DNA of 55,141 nt from Octopus sinensis (GCF_006345805.1 NW_021833787.1:1-55141), one strand, 5' to 3'. Shown: positions 1 through 13,350, counted from the first letter of the stretch. Translations and numbers: made by a program. The notes: generated by a model not told the origin, from the letters alone.

Positions 1-319
1 GACTGAGCTTTTGTTTCGGGGTCATAACCTTTGACCCATAATTCATCACCCGCTATGATTGTTTTCGAAATGTTTTCATCATTCTCGATGCAAAATCTCG
101 AGATTTTGTGTAATTAAAACCCGACGATCTGATGCTACACATGTTCCTTCCACCCACTGCGGTAAACAGCGAAAGCGAGCTAGAATGTCAAGGGTCAGTG
201 CACATGCACAGCAGAGTTCAAGTTCAATTTGTGTCAAGCAGCTTTACTCTGTGTGCTTTAGCTTCGTTACTATGTCAACACTTCTGACACTTACTGATCA
301 CGGCACGTATATATATGCA

Positions 320-565
320 CTGTAATCCCTCGCCACATCGCGGTTCGCTATATCGCGGTTCAACAATCGCGGTTTATTACTTATTTATTACTTTATTTCG
401 TTGATTCCTTTGTGGTGTTGTTTTGCTTTTATAATGAAATAAATATATACGAATTATAAAAATATTAAATAAAATATACAGTACAGTACTGTGTCTACAT
501 CGCGGATTTTCACCTATGCAGGGGTTTTGGAATCTAATACTCACTCACGATTCGAGGGATTACTC
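320..565. mobile_element. pogo/Tigger-like MITE (non-autonomous Tc1/mariner-superfamily element)
   Basis: Perfect 11-bp terminal inverted repeat GTAATCCCTCG (322-332) / CGAGGGATTAC (553-563), resembling CAGTAATCCCTCG-type Tigger ends; repeated subterminal TCGCGGTT motifs; no ORF. Confidence 0.55.
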
Positions 566-1487
566 AATAAATAAAATTTCCACAGATATACTGGAATGTA
601 GAGATTAAAGAGAGCTGAGAAAATGTACACGAGCAATGAGACTTCCATCGAGTAATAGGCTTTTTTGTCAAACCTGCTTGTAAAGAATTTTATGAATACT
701 GTATAAACAGTATGCTCAGATGCTGCACGGATTTTTGTCAGTGAACAGGTCGCGGTCTTAAAGCGGCGAAAATATTTTGACAAATTAAACTTAAATGTTG
801 AAGTGAATCGAACTGCTTTTGTGTGTTTCTTAAATGGCTTACAAACACCTTCCACGCTGCAATTGTACAAACACCATCGTCCCTTTAGAATTTTAAATTT
901 ACCGACGCTATTCTACACAAAATGTACCAATGAAGGAGCTATCATATGAACTGATGCCAGAGTAAATTATCAATGCAGTGTAAATCTTATTGGCCTGCCG
1001 CTCTTGTGTTCATTTTCTGACATCGTACAAATATAAACCAACGAAGGAACTACCAAGCTCAATGCAAGTGAACCAAGGGTTAAATAGCAACAATGGCATA
1101 TCTATTGCTGAAGCGAATTATATATCAATGATATGTAGAGGGACTTTTTTTTTTGAAAAAAAAATATAGATTTAAAAAATGCTAAAAATACTAAAAAAAA
1201 ATATATTTCCACATCAGAGGGAAATTTTCTGCGATGGTGATGAGAAGAATGCGATCCCTTAATAAATAGATGACATATGACATGGTATTAATTTTCAATT
1301 GACATCAAATAGTAAATGCCTGCCAGGGAGATTCTTCGGTAATCAGGAAGATTTCGTATTAAAATTTATTCCTCTCTAAGCGAAATATTCTGAATATGAA
1401 ACTCATACATAATAATATTCCGGATGATTATCGTTGAAGGTTTTCTCAATACATAATTTTCACAGGGAGAAATGCACACAATAGATG

Positions 1488-1520
<33 letters not shown>

Positions 1521-1624
1521 TATATATATCAATGTACTTATACATACATACATGCGTACATACATACTACATATAAAATATATTTGAGTATTAATATATC
1601 TATAATTATAAATGCACGAAATGA

Positions 1625-1673
<49 letters not shown>

Positions 1674-2272
1674 GCATATATACATATCTATATATACACA
1701 CATCTATTGTGTGCATTTCTCCCTGCACATATATATATTTATATATATATATATATATCAATTATATATATACATATATATATATAATATAATATATATA
1801 TATATAATTAATATCAATATTATATATATATAATATATATATATTGCATATATATATATAAGTGTTGTGTGTGGTATAAAAATATGTTGAAATATACGCA
1901 CATATATAGGTAGGACATATATATACCTAATTTATACTAACTCATAAACACTCGCATATATGGATACGTATGCATCTGTGAACGTACGTACGAATTTGTA
2001 CGTTCAGTCATACATACATGCATACATACATATGCACATACGTACATGAATACATGAATACATATGTATAACTGTGAATCAATGTGACTGCATATATAAA
2101 TTTAAACAGCATGGAATCTTTAATGAGAAAAAAGAATTCATGATAATCTAGGTCTCCGCTATAATCTGACAAATTCGTGTGGGTGATTTGACTAAGGATT
2201 TAATGACGTTGCTTACAGCCCCTTTGTAATTTGTCGTATTGTTGGTGAGATGAATTCTTTGAAAACTAGATC

Positions 2273-2350
2273 TATGTATGTATGTATGTATGTATGTATG
2301 TATGTATGCATGTATGTATGTATGTATGTATGTATGTATCTATCTATCTA

Positions 2351-2391
<41 letters not shown>

Positions 2392-2392
2392 A

Positions 2393-2473
<81 letters not shown>

Positions 2474-2502
2474 CCTACCTACCTACTTACCTATCTATCT
2501 AC

Positions 2503-2533
<31 letters not shown>

Positions 2534-2543
2534 TGTATGTATG

Positions 2544-2574
<31 letters not shown>

Positions 2575-2701
2575 GTATGTATGTATGTAAGTATGCATGT
2601 ATGTATGAATGTATCTATCTATCTATCTACCTATGTATGTATGTATGTATGTATCTATCTATCTATCTACCTATGTATGTATGTATGTATGTATGTATGT
2701 A

Positions 2702-2734
<33 letters not shown>

Positions 2735-2740
2735 ATCTAT
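2273..2740. repeat. Compound tetranucleotide microsatellite (TATG)n/(TATC)n/(TGTC)n/(TC)n
   Basis: Directly visible; explains the MYVC/YLSI pseudo-ORFs. Confidence 0.95.
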
Positions 2741-2891
2741 AAATGCATGCAGATATAAATGGATGATATTACTAAAGATTCTTTTAGACACTTTAGCATA
2801 ATTATCTCGACGGCTTTGAAAAATCCGTGCAATCTTATTTGACTTCATAATGTCCAGATAATTCTTCTTTCATACACACGCGTACGTATAA

Positions 2892-3135
2892 ACTGTGTGC
2901 TCAGTAGCGTGCATACCAGCAACATGGTTCCGGGTTCAGTACCATTACGTGGCACTTTCGCTTGACAACCGATGCTGGTGTGTTTACATCCACGTAACTT
3001 AGCAGCTCGGTAAAATACCCGATAGAATAAGTACTGAGCGTACAAAGAATAAGTCCTGCTGGTCGTTTTGTTCGACTATAGGCGGTGCTCCAGCATAGCT
3101 GATGTCAAATAACTGAAACAAATAAATGAATATAA
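2892..3135 (+). mobile_element. SINE family 1, internally deleted copy
   Basis: Degenerate tRNA-like head (CATGGTTCCGGGTTCAGTACC) joined directly to the 3' body (CCGATAGAATAAGTACT...GGCGGTGCTCCAGCAT...ACTGAAACAA); matches 44263-44686. Confidence 0.8.
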
Positions 3136-3220
3136 GAATATATATACGTACGTACATACGTACAGATACACATAATTATATGCATCTATATATATATTAT
3201 ATATTATATATATATATATA

Positions 3221-3410
3221 CCGTTGGCGATTTTTTCCCCTCTGTCTTCCCTTCTCTGGATCTTTGCTTCTCCTATATTTCCGACGAAGAGCTCCGCTCG
3301 AAACGTTAAACCCTCCTTCTTTCCTTCTTTCCTGAGCGTCCAATAATAGTATATTTGTTCCACGTCCTCGTATTGTGTTTTTTTGTGCTTTCTTGTTTGG
3401 ATTAACTTCA
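3221..3410 (+). mobile_element. Hammerhead-bearing short (TA)n-embedded element, subfamily A (Penelope pLTR/retrozyme-like)
   Basis: HHR-like motif at 3278-3311: TTT CCGACGA A GAGC-TCC-GCTC GAAA C GTT AAA; followed by CTGAGCGTCCAATAAT; both flanks are (TA)n. Confidence 0.75.
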
Positions 3411-3435
3411 TTATATATATATATATATATATATA

Positions 3436-3650
3436 ATAAATAAAATCCAACAAGAAAGCACAAAAACACAGCACGCGAGGACGTGGAACAAATATAGTAT
3501 TATTGGACGCTCAAGAAAGAAGGAAAGAAGGAGGATTTCACGTTTCGAGCGGAGCTCTTCATCGGAAACATAGAGAGGACAGATCCAGAGAAGGAGAAGA
3601 CAGAGGAAAAAAATCGCAAACGGTACACACACACGGTCAGCATTTTTGCA
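3436..3650 (-). mobile_element. Hammerhead-bearing element, subfamily A, inverted relative to 3221-3410
   Basis: Minus strand reads TTT CCGATGA A GAGC-TCC-GCTC GAAA C GTG AAA (about 3536-3569); homologous along its length to the preceding copy. Confidence 0.75.
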
Positions 3651-3654
3651 TGTG

Positions 3655-3685
<31 letters not shown>

Positions 3686-3735
3686 ATATATATATACACA
3701 TATATATATATAACATAATCTATTATGTATATGTG

Positions 3736-3766
<31 letters not shown>

Positions 3767-3769
3767 GAC

Positions 3770-3837
<68 letters not shown>

Positions 3838-3937
3838 TATATATACATACACAGACCCACACATGTGTATGTATGCTTGTCTGTCGATATGTATTTAGAT
3901 GTTTACTTCATGTTTTCATATATATATACTCAACAAG

Positions 3938-4006
3938 CCGGTGATTGAACTCACGACCTTACGTTCGGGAGCCGAATTTTCTAACCACTAAGCCACGCGC
4001 CTTCAC
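3938..4006 (-). mobile_element. Isolated tRNA-derived SINE head
   Basis: Minus strand GTGAAGGCGCGTGGCTTAGTGGTTAG...GTGAGTTCAATCACC: A-box and B-box-like motifs, no clean acceptor stem. Confidence 0.6.
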
Positions 4007-4130
4007 TGTGTGTATGTTTGTGTGTGTATATATATATATACATGCGCACAAACACACGCGCTATCTACTAACCTAGCCATCCATCCATCCATCCATCCAC
4101 CCATTCATCCATCCTTCCATCCGTCCGTCC

Positions 4131-4215
<85 letters not shown>

Positions 4216-5053
4216 CCTATCTATGTATCTATCCCTCTATCTCACACTCTCTCTCTCTCTCTCTGTATATATATATATATATATATACATACATCCGTCC
4301 ATCCGTCCATCCCTCCATCCATCTGTGTATACATATATTATTTCATATTGACGTCCATAAAAACAAAATATATATTTTCGCTATTTAAATTGCATATTTC
4401 TTGAATACACAACTGTGTGTACATTTAAAAGTTTATAAAATCGAAAAAAATTATTTTTGTACCGAAATAAACGAATCAAGAATATAGAGACATAAATGTT
4501 TCTAAAATCCGTTAGTACGAATTCCTTGTAATGTTATTAACCATAAAATATTCCATACTGTATTTCATGTCACTTGCAGACTTTTTATTAACAAAACCCG
4601 ATATAGAGTTTTCTTTGGGAAATTAAATTTACTTCAGCGAAATAAAATTGTCTTGCATGTGTTTGTATACATGCATGTGAGCGTGTATGTGAGCGTGTGT
4701 GTGTGTTTAGATGCATGTGTATTTTGTGCATGTTTGTGTGTTTTTGTAAACATATATGTATATATATATGTATGTATGTATATTTATATATGCATATAAT
4801 TATATATATGGTTATATGTATGTGTATATATTTATATGGGTGTATGTTTACGAATGTATATGCATATATACATATATATTTATATATGTATTTATATGTA
4901 TATGCATATATATGTGGGTATATATATGCATATATGTATATACACACACAGGTATGTATGTATGTATGTATTTATGTATATATATATATTCCACCCTCTC
5001 CTTCTGTTTCACTCTCTCTACCTTTCACTGTCCATCTATTTCTCTGTCTCTCT

Positions 5054-5100
<47 letters not shown>

Positions 5101-5579
5101 TGCATATATACGAGTGTGTATATATGCTTTGTTGATATGATGTAGATTCACACATACACACATACGCACATACAATGACATACAAACATATATTTCACAT
5201 CAAAGAACACAGAATTTATTAACATTATGCCGTAAAAAAATTCTAAATATTTTTTATATATATTCAGCATCCATGCTCGTGTGGTGCGAATATTCAAAGC
5301 CAATTAAATTAATTTAACTTTTAGAAAATTACAGAACTAACATAAGTATTCTACTCAGTATTTCTCCTATATTAGTATTTGATAGTTGTTTTCTGCAATA
5401 AAGCTCTTAGTCACTATGTATTTTTTACCATACTATTATAGTTTAAATCAGAGATTATCGACTTTGCTGCCATTTTTTTCTTGTGTTTGTATGTAATGGA
5501 AACTATGCCGGCGCTTTCCTCATTATCTATTTATACATTTTGTACAATTTCTTCATTTTATATATATATATATATATGT

Positions 5580-5772
5580 GGAGAGTTTACGAAAAAACAA
5601 AAGACGAAGACAGGTGCTGTACAAAACAAACAGATGTATTAGTATAACGCCCAGGAATAGAAAATGTCTTTTACGTTTCGAGCCTACGCTCTTCTTCACA
5701 AAGGGACACAGGAAAACAAGGAGAGAAACAAATAGAGAAAAAATGTGTGTAGTGGCTAACGATCTATCATGG
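5580..5772 (-). mobile_element. Hammerhead-bearing element, subfamily B
   Basis: Minus strand CTTT GTGAAGA A GAGC-GTAG-GCTC GAAA C GTA AAAG (5668-5703; C3>G); 3' end abuts (TA)n; homologous to 17688, 33923 and 47471 copies. Confidence 0.75.
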
Positions 5773-6252
5773 ATCCTATATATTTGTTGACTAGCTTTTT
5801 CTCGTCGCTAGATTACTGGTAGCAAAGAAATTTTCTAAATTTTTGTTTGCTACCCTGGAATTTATTAATAAAGCTATAAAGATTTTTAGCAAATTTTGGA
5901 AGGAAATTCGGCAATTTTTGTATTTGCTGCCGATGAAAAATTCCGCACTTGCGCGGTGGATTTTGAAAAGTTATAACATGTAAACACGAGGCATGTTCTG
6001 TATCATCTCGTCTTTATATGTTAATCTTGGCTTTCCTGCTGATGAGAGCTTCGCCTAGTGAATTTTTTTATTTGCTGAAGATAGCTTGAACAGATAGTAC
6101 AGGAAATAGACGGCAAATGTTTTTATTTTTCATTCCCTTTCGAAATTAGCCCCAATAGTGGTTTGGAGTTTAACGACCCCTTCTAGCGGATTAAATGTAC
6201 TGTTATGGCCATCTCTTATGTGTTTCAATGTACACTGGATATATATATGTAT

Positions 6253-6300
<48 letters not shown>

Positions 6301-6351
6301 GCGTGTGTGTGTTTGGTGTGTGGTTTGTGTATATATGCATACATTATATAA

Positions 6352-6884
6352 CGTCGGTTCTAGTTGATCGGATCAACGGAACAGCCTCCTCGTGAAATTG
6401 ACGCCCAAGTGGCTGAGCACTCCACAGACACGTTATTCAAAACGTAGTTTTAAAGGAAAGATGCGGTGAAAGAATACAGCAGGTTTCGCCGCCATACCCT
6501 GCCAGAACATCGTGGAGCTTGGAATGTTTTCGCGCAATAAACATTCTCAATGCCCGGTCTGGGAATCGAAACCTATATCTTTATTACCCACAAGGGGCTA
6601 AACATAGAGGGGACAAACAAGGACAGACACAGGTATTAAGTCGATTACATCGACCCCAGTGCGTAACTGGTACTTAATTTATCGACCTCGATAGGATAAA
6701 AGGCAAAGTTGACCTCGGCGGAATTTGAACTCACAACGTAACGGCAGACGAAATACCACTAAGCATCTCACCCGGCGTGCTAACGTTTCTGCCAGCTCAC
6801 CGCCTTGAATCGGTCTGGGAATCGAAACCGCCATCCTATGACCTCGAGTCCGTTGCCATAAACACTGGGCCATTGCACCTCCAC
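6352..6884 (-). mobile_element. SINE family 3 (tRNA-derived), interrupted by a family 2 SINE
   Basis: Head GTGGAGGTGCAATGGCCCAGTG...GGTTTCGATTCCCAGACCG; 3' part GCTGTTCCGTTGATCCGATCAAC; homologous to 34442-34700 and 53322-53652. Confidence 0.85.
6574..6810 (-). mobile_element. SINE family 2, full-length, nested insertion with 19-bp TSD
   Basis: Minus strand GGCGGTGAGCTGGCAGAAACGTTAGCACGCCGGG...GAGTTCAAATTCCGCCGAGGTC; TSD CGGTCTGGGAATCGAAACC at 6555-6573 and 6811-6829. Confidence 0.9.
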
Positions 6885-6904
6885 GCATACATATATATAT
6901 TTAT

Positions 6905-6958
<54 letters not shown>

Positions 6959-7029
6959 TATATTCGCACCCTACCACACACACACACATATATATATATA
7001 TATGTATACATAGTATACATAAATACGTA

Positions 7030-7230
7030 GTTGTGTCATTTGTGTCTGTGCTTTTCGGCTCTCCCCCCACCACTTGACAACCGGTCTTGGTAAGTTGAAG
7101 TCCCCCGTAACCTAGCGGTGTGGTAAAACAGGGCGACAGATTATGTACGAAATAAGTGTGGGGAGCAATTCGTTCGGCTAAAACCCTTCGCGGCGCTGAT
7201 GTGGCATGTCCGCTATTAGGTGACTGAAAA
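7030..7230 (+). mobile_element. Old degenerate SINE family 1 3' body
   Basis: CTTGACAACCGG...CCCCGTAACCTAGCGG...GTGACTGAAA aligns by eye with the family 1 body. Confidence 0.55.
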
Positions 7231-7277
7231 AAATATAGAAGATTATACATCGTTGCTATTATGTTAAAGTGTCGTAT

Positions 7278-7559
7278 GTCCAATGGAAACTGAAAGAAGC
7301 CTGTCGTATATATATGTATATATATGTATGTGTGCGTGTATGTTTGTGTCTGTGTTTGTCCCCCTAGCATTGCTAACCAACCGATGCTGGTGTGTTTATG
7401 TCCCCGATACTTAGTGGTTCGGCAAAAGAGACCGATAGAATAAGTACTGGGCTTACAAAAGAATAAGTCCCGGGGTCAAGTTGCTTGATTAAAGGCGGTG
7501 CTCCAGCATGGCCGCAGTCAAATGACTGAAACAAGTAAAAGAGTAAAAGAGTAAAAGAA
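7278..7559 (+). mobile_element. SINE family 1, 5'-truncated
   Basis: GGAAACTGAAAGAAGCCTGTCGTATA...GGCGGTGCTCCAGCATGGCCGCAGTCAAATGACTGAAACAA plus (GTAAAAGA)3 tail. Confidence 0.9.
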
Positions 7560-8059
7560 TATATACGTAAGTACGCAGGCACACTCACAAACACACACAT
7601 ACACACAGAAACAAACACACACATATATGTATATACACATAAATATGAAATGTATATATACGAAAGTGGTCACGATTCCTGTGTGTATACACACCTGTGT
7701 GTATACACACCTTGTGTATACACACCTGTGTGTGTATGTTTGTCTTACTGACCGTGTGTCTCCACGTTTGCGATTGTGTGTACGGGTGTTTGTCTATCCA
7801 TGCGTTCATACACAGACAATTTACCTGATTACTATTAAGAAGTGGCCAATATACCTTATAGAGAGACTGCAATCAAGTAGAAGCGCTGTTGTGCATGAGT
7901 GAGGTGGGAAGAGGCTGCAACACTTTATTGGCTTTTCAACTTATTTACAAATATTTTGTACACATTACCTTCAGAAAATCTTATTATCCTTATCAAACGA
8001 CTGATAAAAATCCATCTGCACTGCGTATGATTTCGCCACCAGCATCACCAATGCTAGAC

Positions 8060-8378
8060 GTGTGTGTATGTATATATATATATATATACATGTACATACA
8101 TACATATACATATACATATATATATGAATATATACCTATGTATATATAATGCAAACATATATATATACATGTTTATATATATATATGTATATGTATATAT
8201 ATATATAAATATATAAATATATATAATATATATATATATATATGTGTGTGTATGTATATACATATGTATATATGTGTGTGTATATATATGTATACATGTA
8301 TATCTATATATGTATTTGGACGTATACATATACATACATGTATATCAATATACATACACAGACATATATGTATATAGT

Positions 8379-8411
<33 letters not shown>

Positions 8412-8649
8412 CATGCGCACAACATATATACCTGTCTATGTTGCACACACACACACACATATACAGATACATGTCTGTATTGAATACCTGCTTACATACA
8501 TACACCCATACATGTAGGTGTGTATTTATTGATATAATTATACGAATGTGTGTAGAAAAATTCAAATAAAGAATTATCTATTTGCATAGGCGTACATATA
8601 TATTTGTATGTGCATATATATGTATATATGTATATATACATACATACAC

Positions 8650-8680
<31 letters not shown>

Positions 8681-8745
8681 ATATAATATATATATATATA
8701 AACAAAGATAAATGCGATACAATAAAATTAATTATAATCGCCAGT

Positions 8746-8834
<89 letters not shown>

Positions 8835-8902
8835 GTATATATATATATATGTATATATGTATATATGTATATATATATATAATATATATATATATATTAT
8901 AT

Positions 8903-8989
<87 letters not shown>

Positions 8990-9063
8990 CATATATACAT
9001 ATATGCATATGAATAGATATCAAAATGTATAGACGCATGAATGTCTATGATATATTATACATA

Positions 9064-9141
<78 letters not shown>

Positions 9142-9240
9142 CGAACATATATCACATACTTATATGTATATATAAACATATCCATATATGTGTGTGTGTT
9201 TGTGTGTGTAAGTGTTTGTTTCTATATGTATATGTGTGAG
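8060..9240. repeat. Long degenerate (TA)n/(CATA)n microsatellite field
   Basis: Directly visible; similar fields at about 1.5-1.9, 4.7-5.1, 20.5-22.5, 30.2-30.7, 32.4-33.0, 35.6-37.0, 42.1-42.6 and 52.6-54.3 kb. Confidence 0.95.
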
Positions 9241-9440
9241 TGTTTGAAATGACATATTCTGAAAGATTTTTTTTTCTGTACATGTAGAATACATATAAAA
9301 TCCATTCTAATAAAATATACACATCGCCCTTCTTAGATGTTATACCGAATACCAGAATCTGTCTCTGCTCAATTATATTCGCTGTTTTTCATTCCGATAT
9401 TTGGGGCGCCATACATTTTTTTTTGCTTTCTATAAAGAGC

Positions 9441-9441
9441 A

Positions 9442-9483
<42 letters not shown>

Positions 9484-9499
9484 TAAATAATAATAATAA

Positions 9500-9534
<35 letters not shown>

Positions 9535-9730
9535 AAATAAAAATAATAATAATAAATAATAATAATAATAATAGTAATAATAATAATAATAATATAATAA
9601 TAAAATAATAATAAAAATAAAAATAATAATAATAATAAAATAATAATAATAATAAAATAATAATAATATAAAATAATAATATAATATAATAATAATGATG
9701 ATGATGATGATGATGATGATAATAATAATG

Positions 9731-9767
<37 letters not shown>

Positions 9768-9834
9768 TAATAATAATAATAAAATAATAATAATAATAAT
9801 AATAATGATGATGATGATGATAATAATAATAATG

Positions 9835-9901
<67 letters not shown>

Positions 9902-9985
9902 TAATAATAATGATAATAATAAAAATAGTAAAAATGGTAATAATAAATACGGTGATAAATAAATATAATAAATAAATAAAATAAT
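9441..9985. repeat. (AAT)n/(GAT)n trinucleotide array
   Basis: Directly visible; source of poly-L/N/I ORFs. Confidence 0.95.
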
Positions 9986-10358
9986 TTCTTGCTTAAATCT
10001 GTGACTTTTAGTTATTTAGTCGTACGTCTTATAACGGATATTGCGAACAGAATGGCGTTGGTTGCAGGTTTGTAATTGTCCGTTTGTTTCTATGGTTGGC
10101 TGCGTGTGAAGACGTCGTGTGCAGTAACGGTGGATTGTCTGCGGGGCGAAAAAAAAACATTATTGAAAGTGATATCACGTTTTGTAGCAGATGTTTAAAT
10201 CTTCCGTCAATATCAAAAATCGAGAATTTGTTATCACGTGCACAGACACGCACACAACAACGCACACGCACATACAAGCAGGCACATACACACACACACA
10301 CACACATACGTATATATAACTATATACATATATATATATACATATTATATATATATAC

Positions 10359-10392
<34 letters not shown>

Positions 10393-10393
10393 T

Positions 10394-10424
<31 letters not shown>

Positions 10425-10624
10425 CTCTGAACGAAGTATAGACAGTAACTGCACGACAATGTGAAGTATATTTGCCATCTAAATATGGCTAACCACTAAG
10501 GGTGGGTGTTAATGTAGCTTGTAGCCCCAGGAGAACATCTTCTCCAGCTGGCTATTCACACACTTTCTGTGCCCTATCGGTATTTGCAAAGGGAGGTCAT
10601 CCTTCCTCGTCAACCTAAGTGATA

Positions 10625-10669
10625 CGCACGGACTACAGTTTCTGGGTATTGACTCATCATCGGCGCTCG
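10625..10669 (-). ncRNA. Candidate minimal type I hammerhead ribozyme in an unclassified GC-richer segment (about 10485-10695)
   Basis: Minus strand GCG CCGAUGA UGAGU-CAAU-ACCCA GAAA CU GU AG UC|CGU: stem I GCG/CGU, stem II with one A-C mismatch, self-complementary ACUGUAGU stem III, GUC cleavage triplet, U4>C core variant. Confidence 0.55.
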
Positions 10670-10959
10670 ACAATCACCGGTTTTCGATGGAAGGGTCCCA
10701 ATGCAAATATTTATATCCTTTTTCCAGTGATTTTTCGTCACTGATCTTGAAAAAAGTGTATCCGAGCAATAATAAATATACTTCACATTGGCGTGCTGTT
10801 ACTGTCTGTACCTTGTTTAGAGATTTATTATGGCTTCTTTACACTTTTTCAAGATCAGTGACGAAGTTTGAATTTAAACGCTTGGAAAAAATCTCACATA
10901 TTCTTACAGTTCCACTTACATATGTAGGTGTATACGCGTGTATATGTGTGTGGTGTGTA

Positions 10960-11006
<47 letters not shown>

Positions 11007-12318
11007 GTATGTATATACGTATGTATGTATATGTACGTATGTGTACGTATATGTATGTACATGTACGCATATATATGCATATATGTGTATGTATATGTAT
11101 GCATGTACGTAATCAGGGGTGTATATGAATATATATATACATGCATACACACAAATGTGCTTCTGAATGCATATCTACCAGGAAATTCAATTCATCTCGA
11201 AGCTATAATAAGAATTTCTGCCCAATATTACACCGATCTTACTGATAGAACTTTTTTCATAATTACACTTGTCTGCATGCGATTCTGCCAATAAAAAATT
11301 TATTAGGATCTTTTTTGTTCTTAGAATAAAGATAAGTCACAAATATTGCTGTGAATTTGATCCAGGGCCCCATTTTAACGGCTTATCAGATGCTAAGGTA
11401 TCTGCTGCATAATATAGAGATGTCTCGTTTCTATTCTTCATCGATATCGTATTTTGTTTCTCTAATGGTTAATCCATAACGTAAAAGAATATTTCCTCAC
11501 CACATTAGCCAATGGTTTTATCGGTTTCCGTTTCTATCTTTGGAATGGTCTGTAAATTCTGCAAATCCAAACCTGTTGCGTTATCTGACAAAATGCAAAA
11601 AACTTTGGGAAATATATAGCATTAGAAAAGCTCATTCCATATGAGATTTTGTGATTTTGATATATACCTTTCCTAGATTTCATCATTTCTCGCAAAGCGC
11701 AATTAGAATTAATTATTTTGCAGATAAAATGCCATCATTTAGGATAATCTCTGTTACTCTAATAGTTGAATAAATTTGTTCTCTTGGCAATGGCCTGGAA
11801 GCAGCATAGGATTAACTGTAGAATAGAATAAACACATGTTTAGAGCATCAAGTAAAGAGGGGCTTTATAAAAACAACTAGAACGACAATAACAACTACAA
11901 CTACTCGTCAATTATTCGATAACAAAATTATCTCCCCTTTTTTCTTTCGTAGTCACTGATAGCAACCTATAGGTCTTTGTTTCCCTTCTCTCTCTAAAAT
12001 GCAAAAGTAAATTAATTATCACTTCTATGGTATAGCTGATTCAGTGCAACAACCTATAGCGAACCTGTTTTATTTTATGACACACCTTAATTATTTCATT
12101 TAGTTAATTATATTCTTTAACAATTAGTTAATTATATTCTTTAATGAATCGCATAACTAAACTCTTCCTACTTCAAAACGTAAGCACGTCTGTCGCATAA
12201 TTAAGTAGTTTCTAATTTGATTATGCTTCGCTGACGAGGTAGTATATGGCAAAATCATAATCATAATTATCTCCCTTTCCTCTGCCGGACATCAGATTTT
12301 TCAGTTGTTCTCCCATGT

Positions 12319-12639
12319 CTTTTTATTCTTTTATGCTTTCATTTGTTCCTCTCATTTGACTGCGGCCATGCTGGAGCACCCCCTCTTTAGTTGAACAGGA
12401 CTTATTCTTTGTAAGGCTAGTACTTATTCTATCGGATCTTTTCGCCGTAAACAGACCAACGTCGATGTTGGGGGACAAACACACATACAACGGGCTTCCG
12501 TCTACCAAATCCACTCACAAGGTTTAGTCAGGACGAGGCTATAGTAGAAGACACTTGTCCAAGGTACCACGCAGAGGGACTGAACCTGGAACCATGTGGT
12601 TGGAAAGCAAGCTACTTACCACACAGCCACTCCTGCGCC
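12319..12639 (-). mobile_element. SINE family 1, near full-length
   Basis: Minus strand GGCGCAGGAGTGGCTGTGTGGTAAGTAGCTTGC...GGTTCAGTCCC head and GGTGCTCCAGCATGGCCGCAGTCAAATGA 3' body. Confidence 0.9.
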
Positions 12640-13254
12640 ACTGTAAATTATTTCTACTTGTTTTGTAAATTATCTCACTATCTATGAGAATCGCTAACAA
12701 CATTCGCTAGGTGGTAGTTTTCTTTCTCTAACTAATAGGGTCGTGTCCTCTTAAGTGTATATAAATTATGTTGATATCATTCAATACACAATACAAGGCA
12801 CTTAACATGCTAATGATACGAAGTTTATCTCGATGAGTAAGCTCGGAGAAGAAACCTAAAGAAATAACTTACAACAATGGTGGGTAGGGGGCTTAAAACA
12901 GCTAGAAATAGCAGCCAATAAATCTCTCTTTTATTGAGCCAATTACGCGCTAATTAGATTACTACATAACCTTTTAAAACAATAATAAATAAATGAATAA
13001 ATGAGGAAATAGTAACGCCCGTATAGCTTCCTAATAAAAGACATGATGATCACGGGTGGATTTCCATTGATGAGGACAAATGATGGAATGGAATAAACGA
13101 AGTTAACAAAAATGGACGCTAAAACAAGAGCAACGTCGTCGTCGTCTTCGTCATCATCATCATCATCATCATCATCATCAACAATAACAACAACTCATAG
13201 CAGCAACAGCGTCGCTACGATTCTAACGTAATTCAACCGTTGAAGGAGTTGCGC

Positions 13255-13282
13255 TTTATTATTATCATTATTATTATTATTA

Positions 13283-13350
<68 letters not shown>

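Noticed and set aside
1-55. Minus-strand GTGATGA...GGGTCA-loop-TGACCC CGAAAC resembling a hammerhead
   Set aside because: Core C3 is mutated, there is a 5-nt insertion before stem II, no clear stem I or cleavage triplet, and it is cut by the window edge
541-1085. ORF 541-870 and an AGGGTTAA motif as a piggyBac-like end
   Set aside because: No recognisable transposase motif and no matching left end in the window
6036-6065. CTGATGA GAGC TTC GC motif
   Set aside because: No GAAA after the hairpin and no stem I or NUH site
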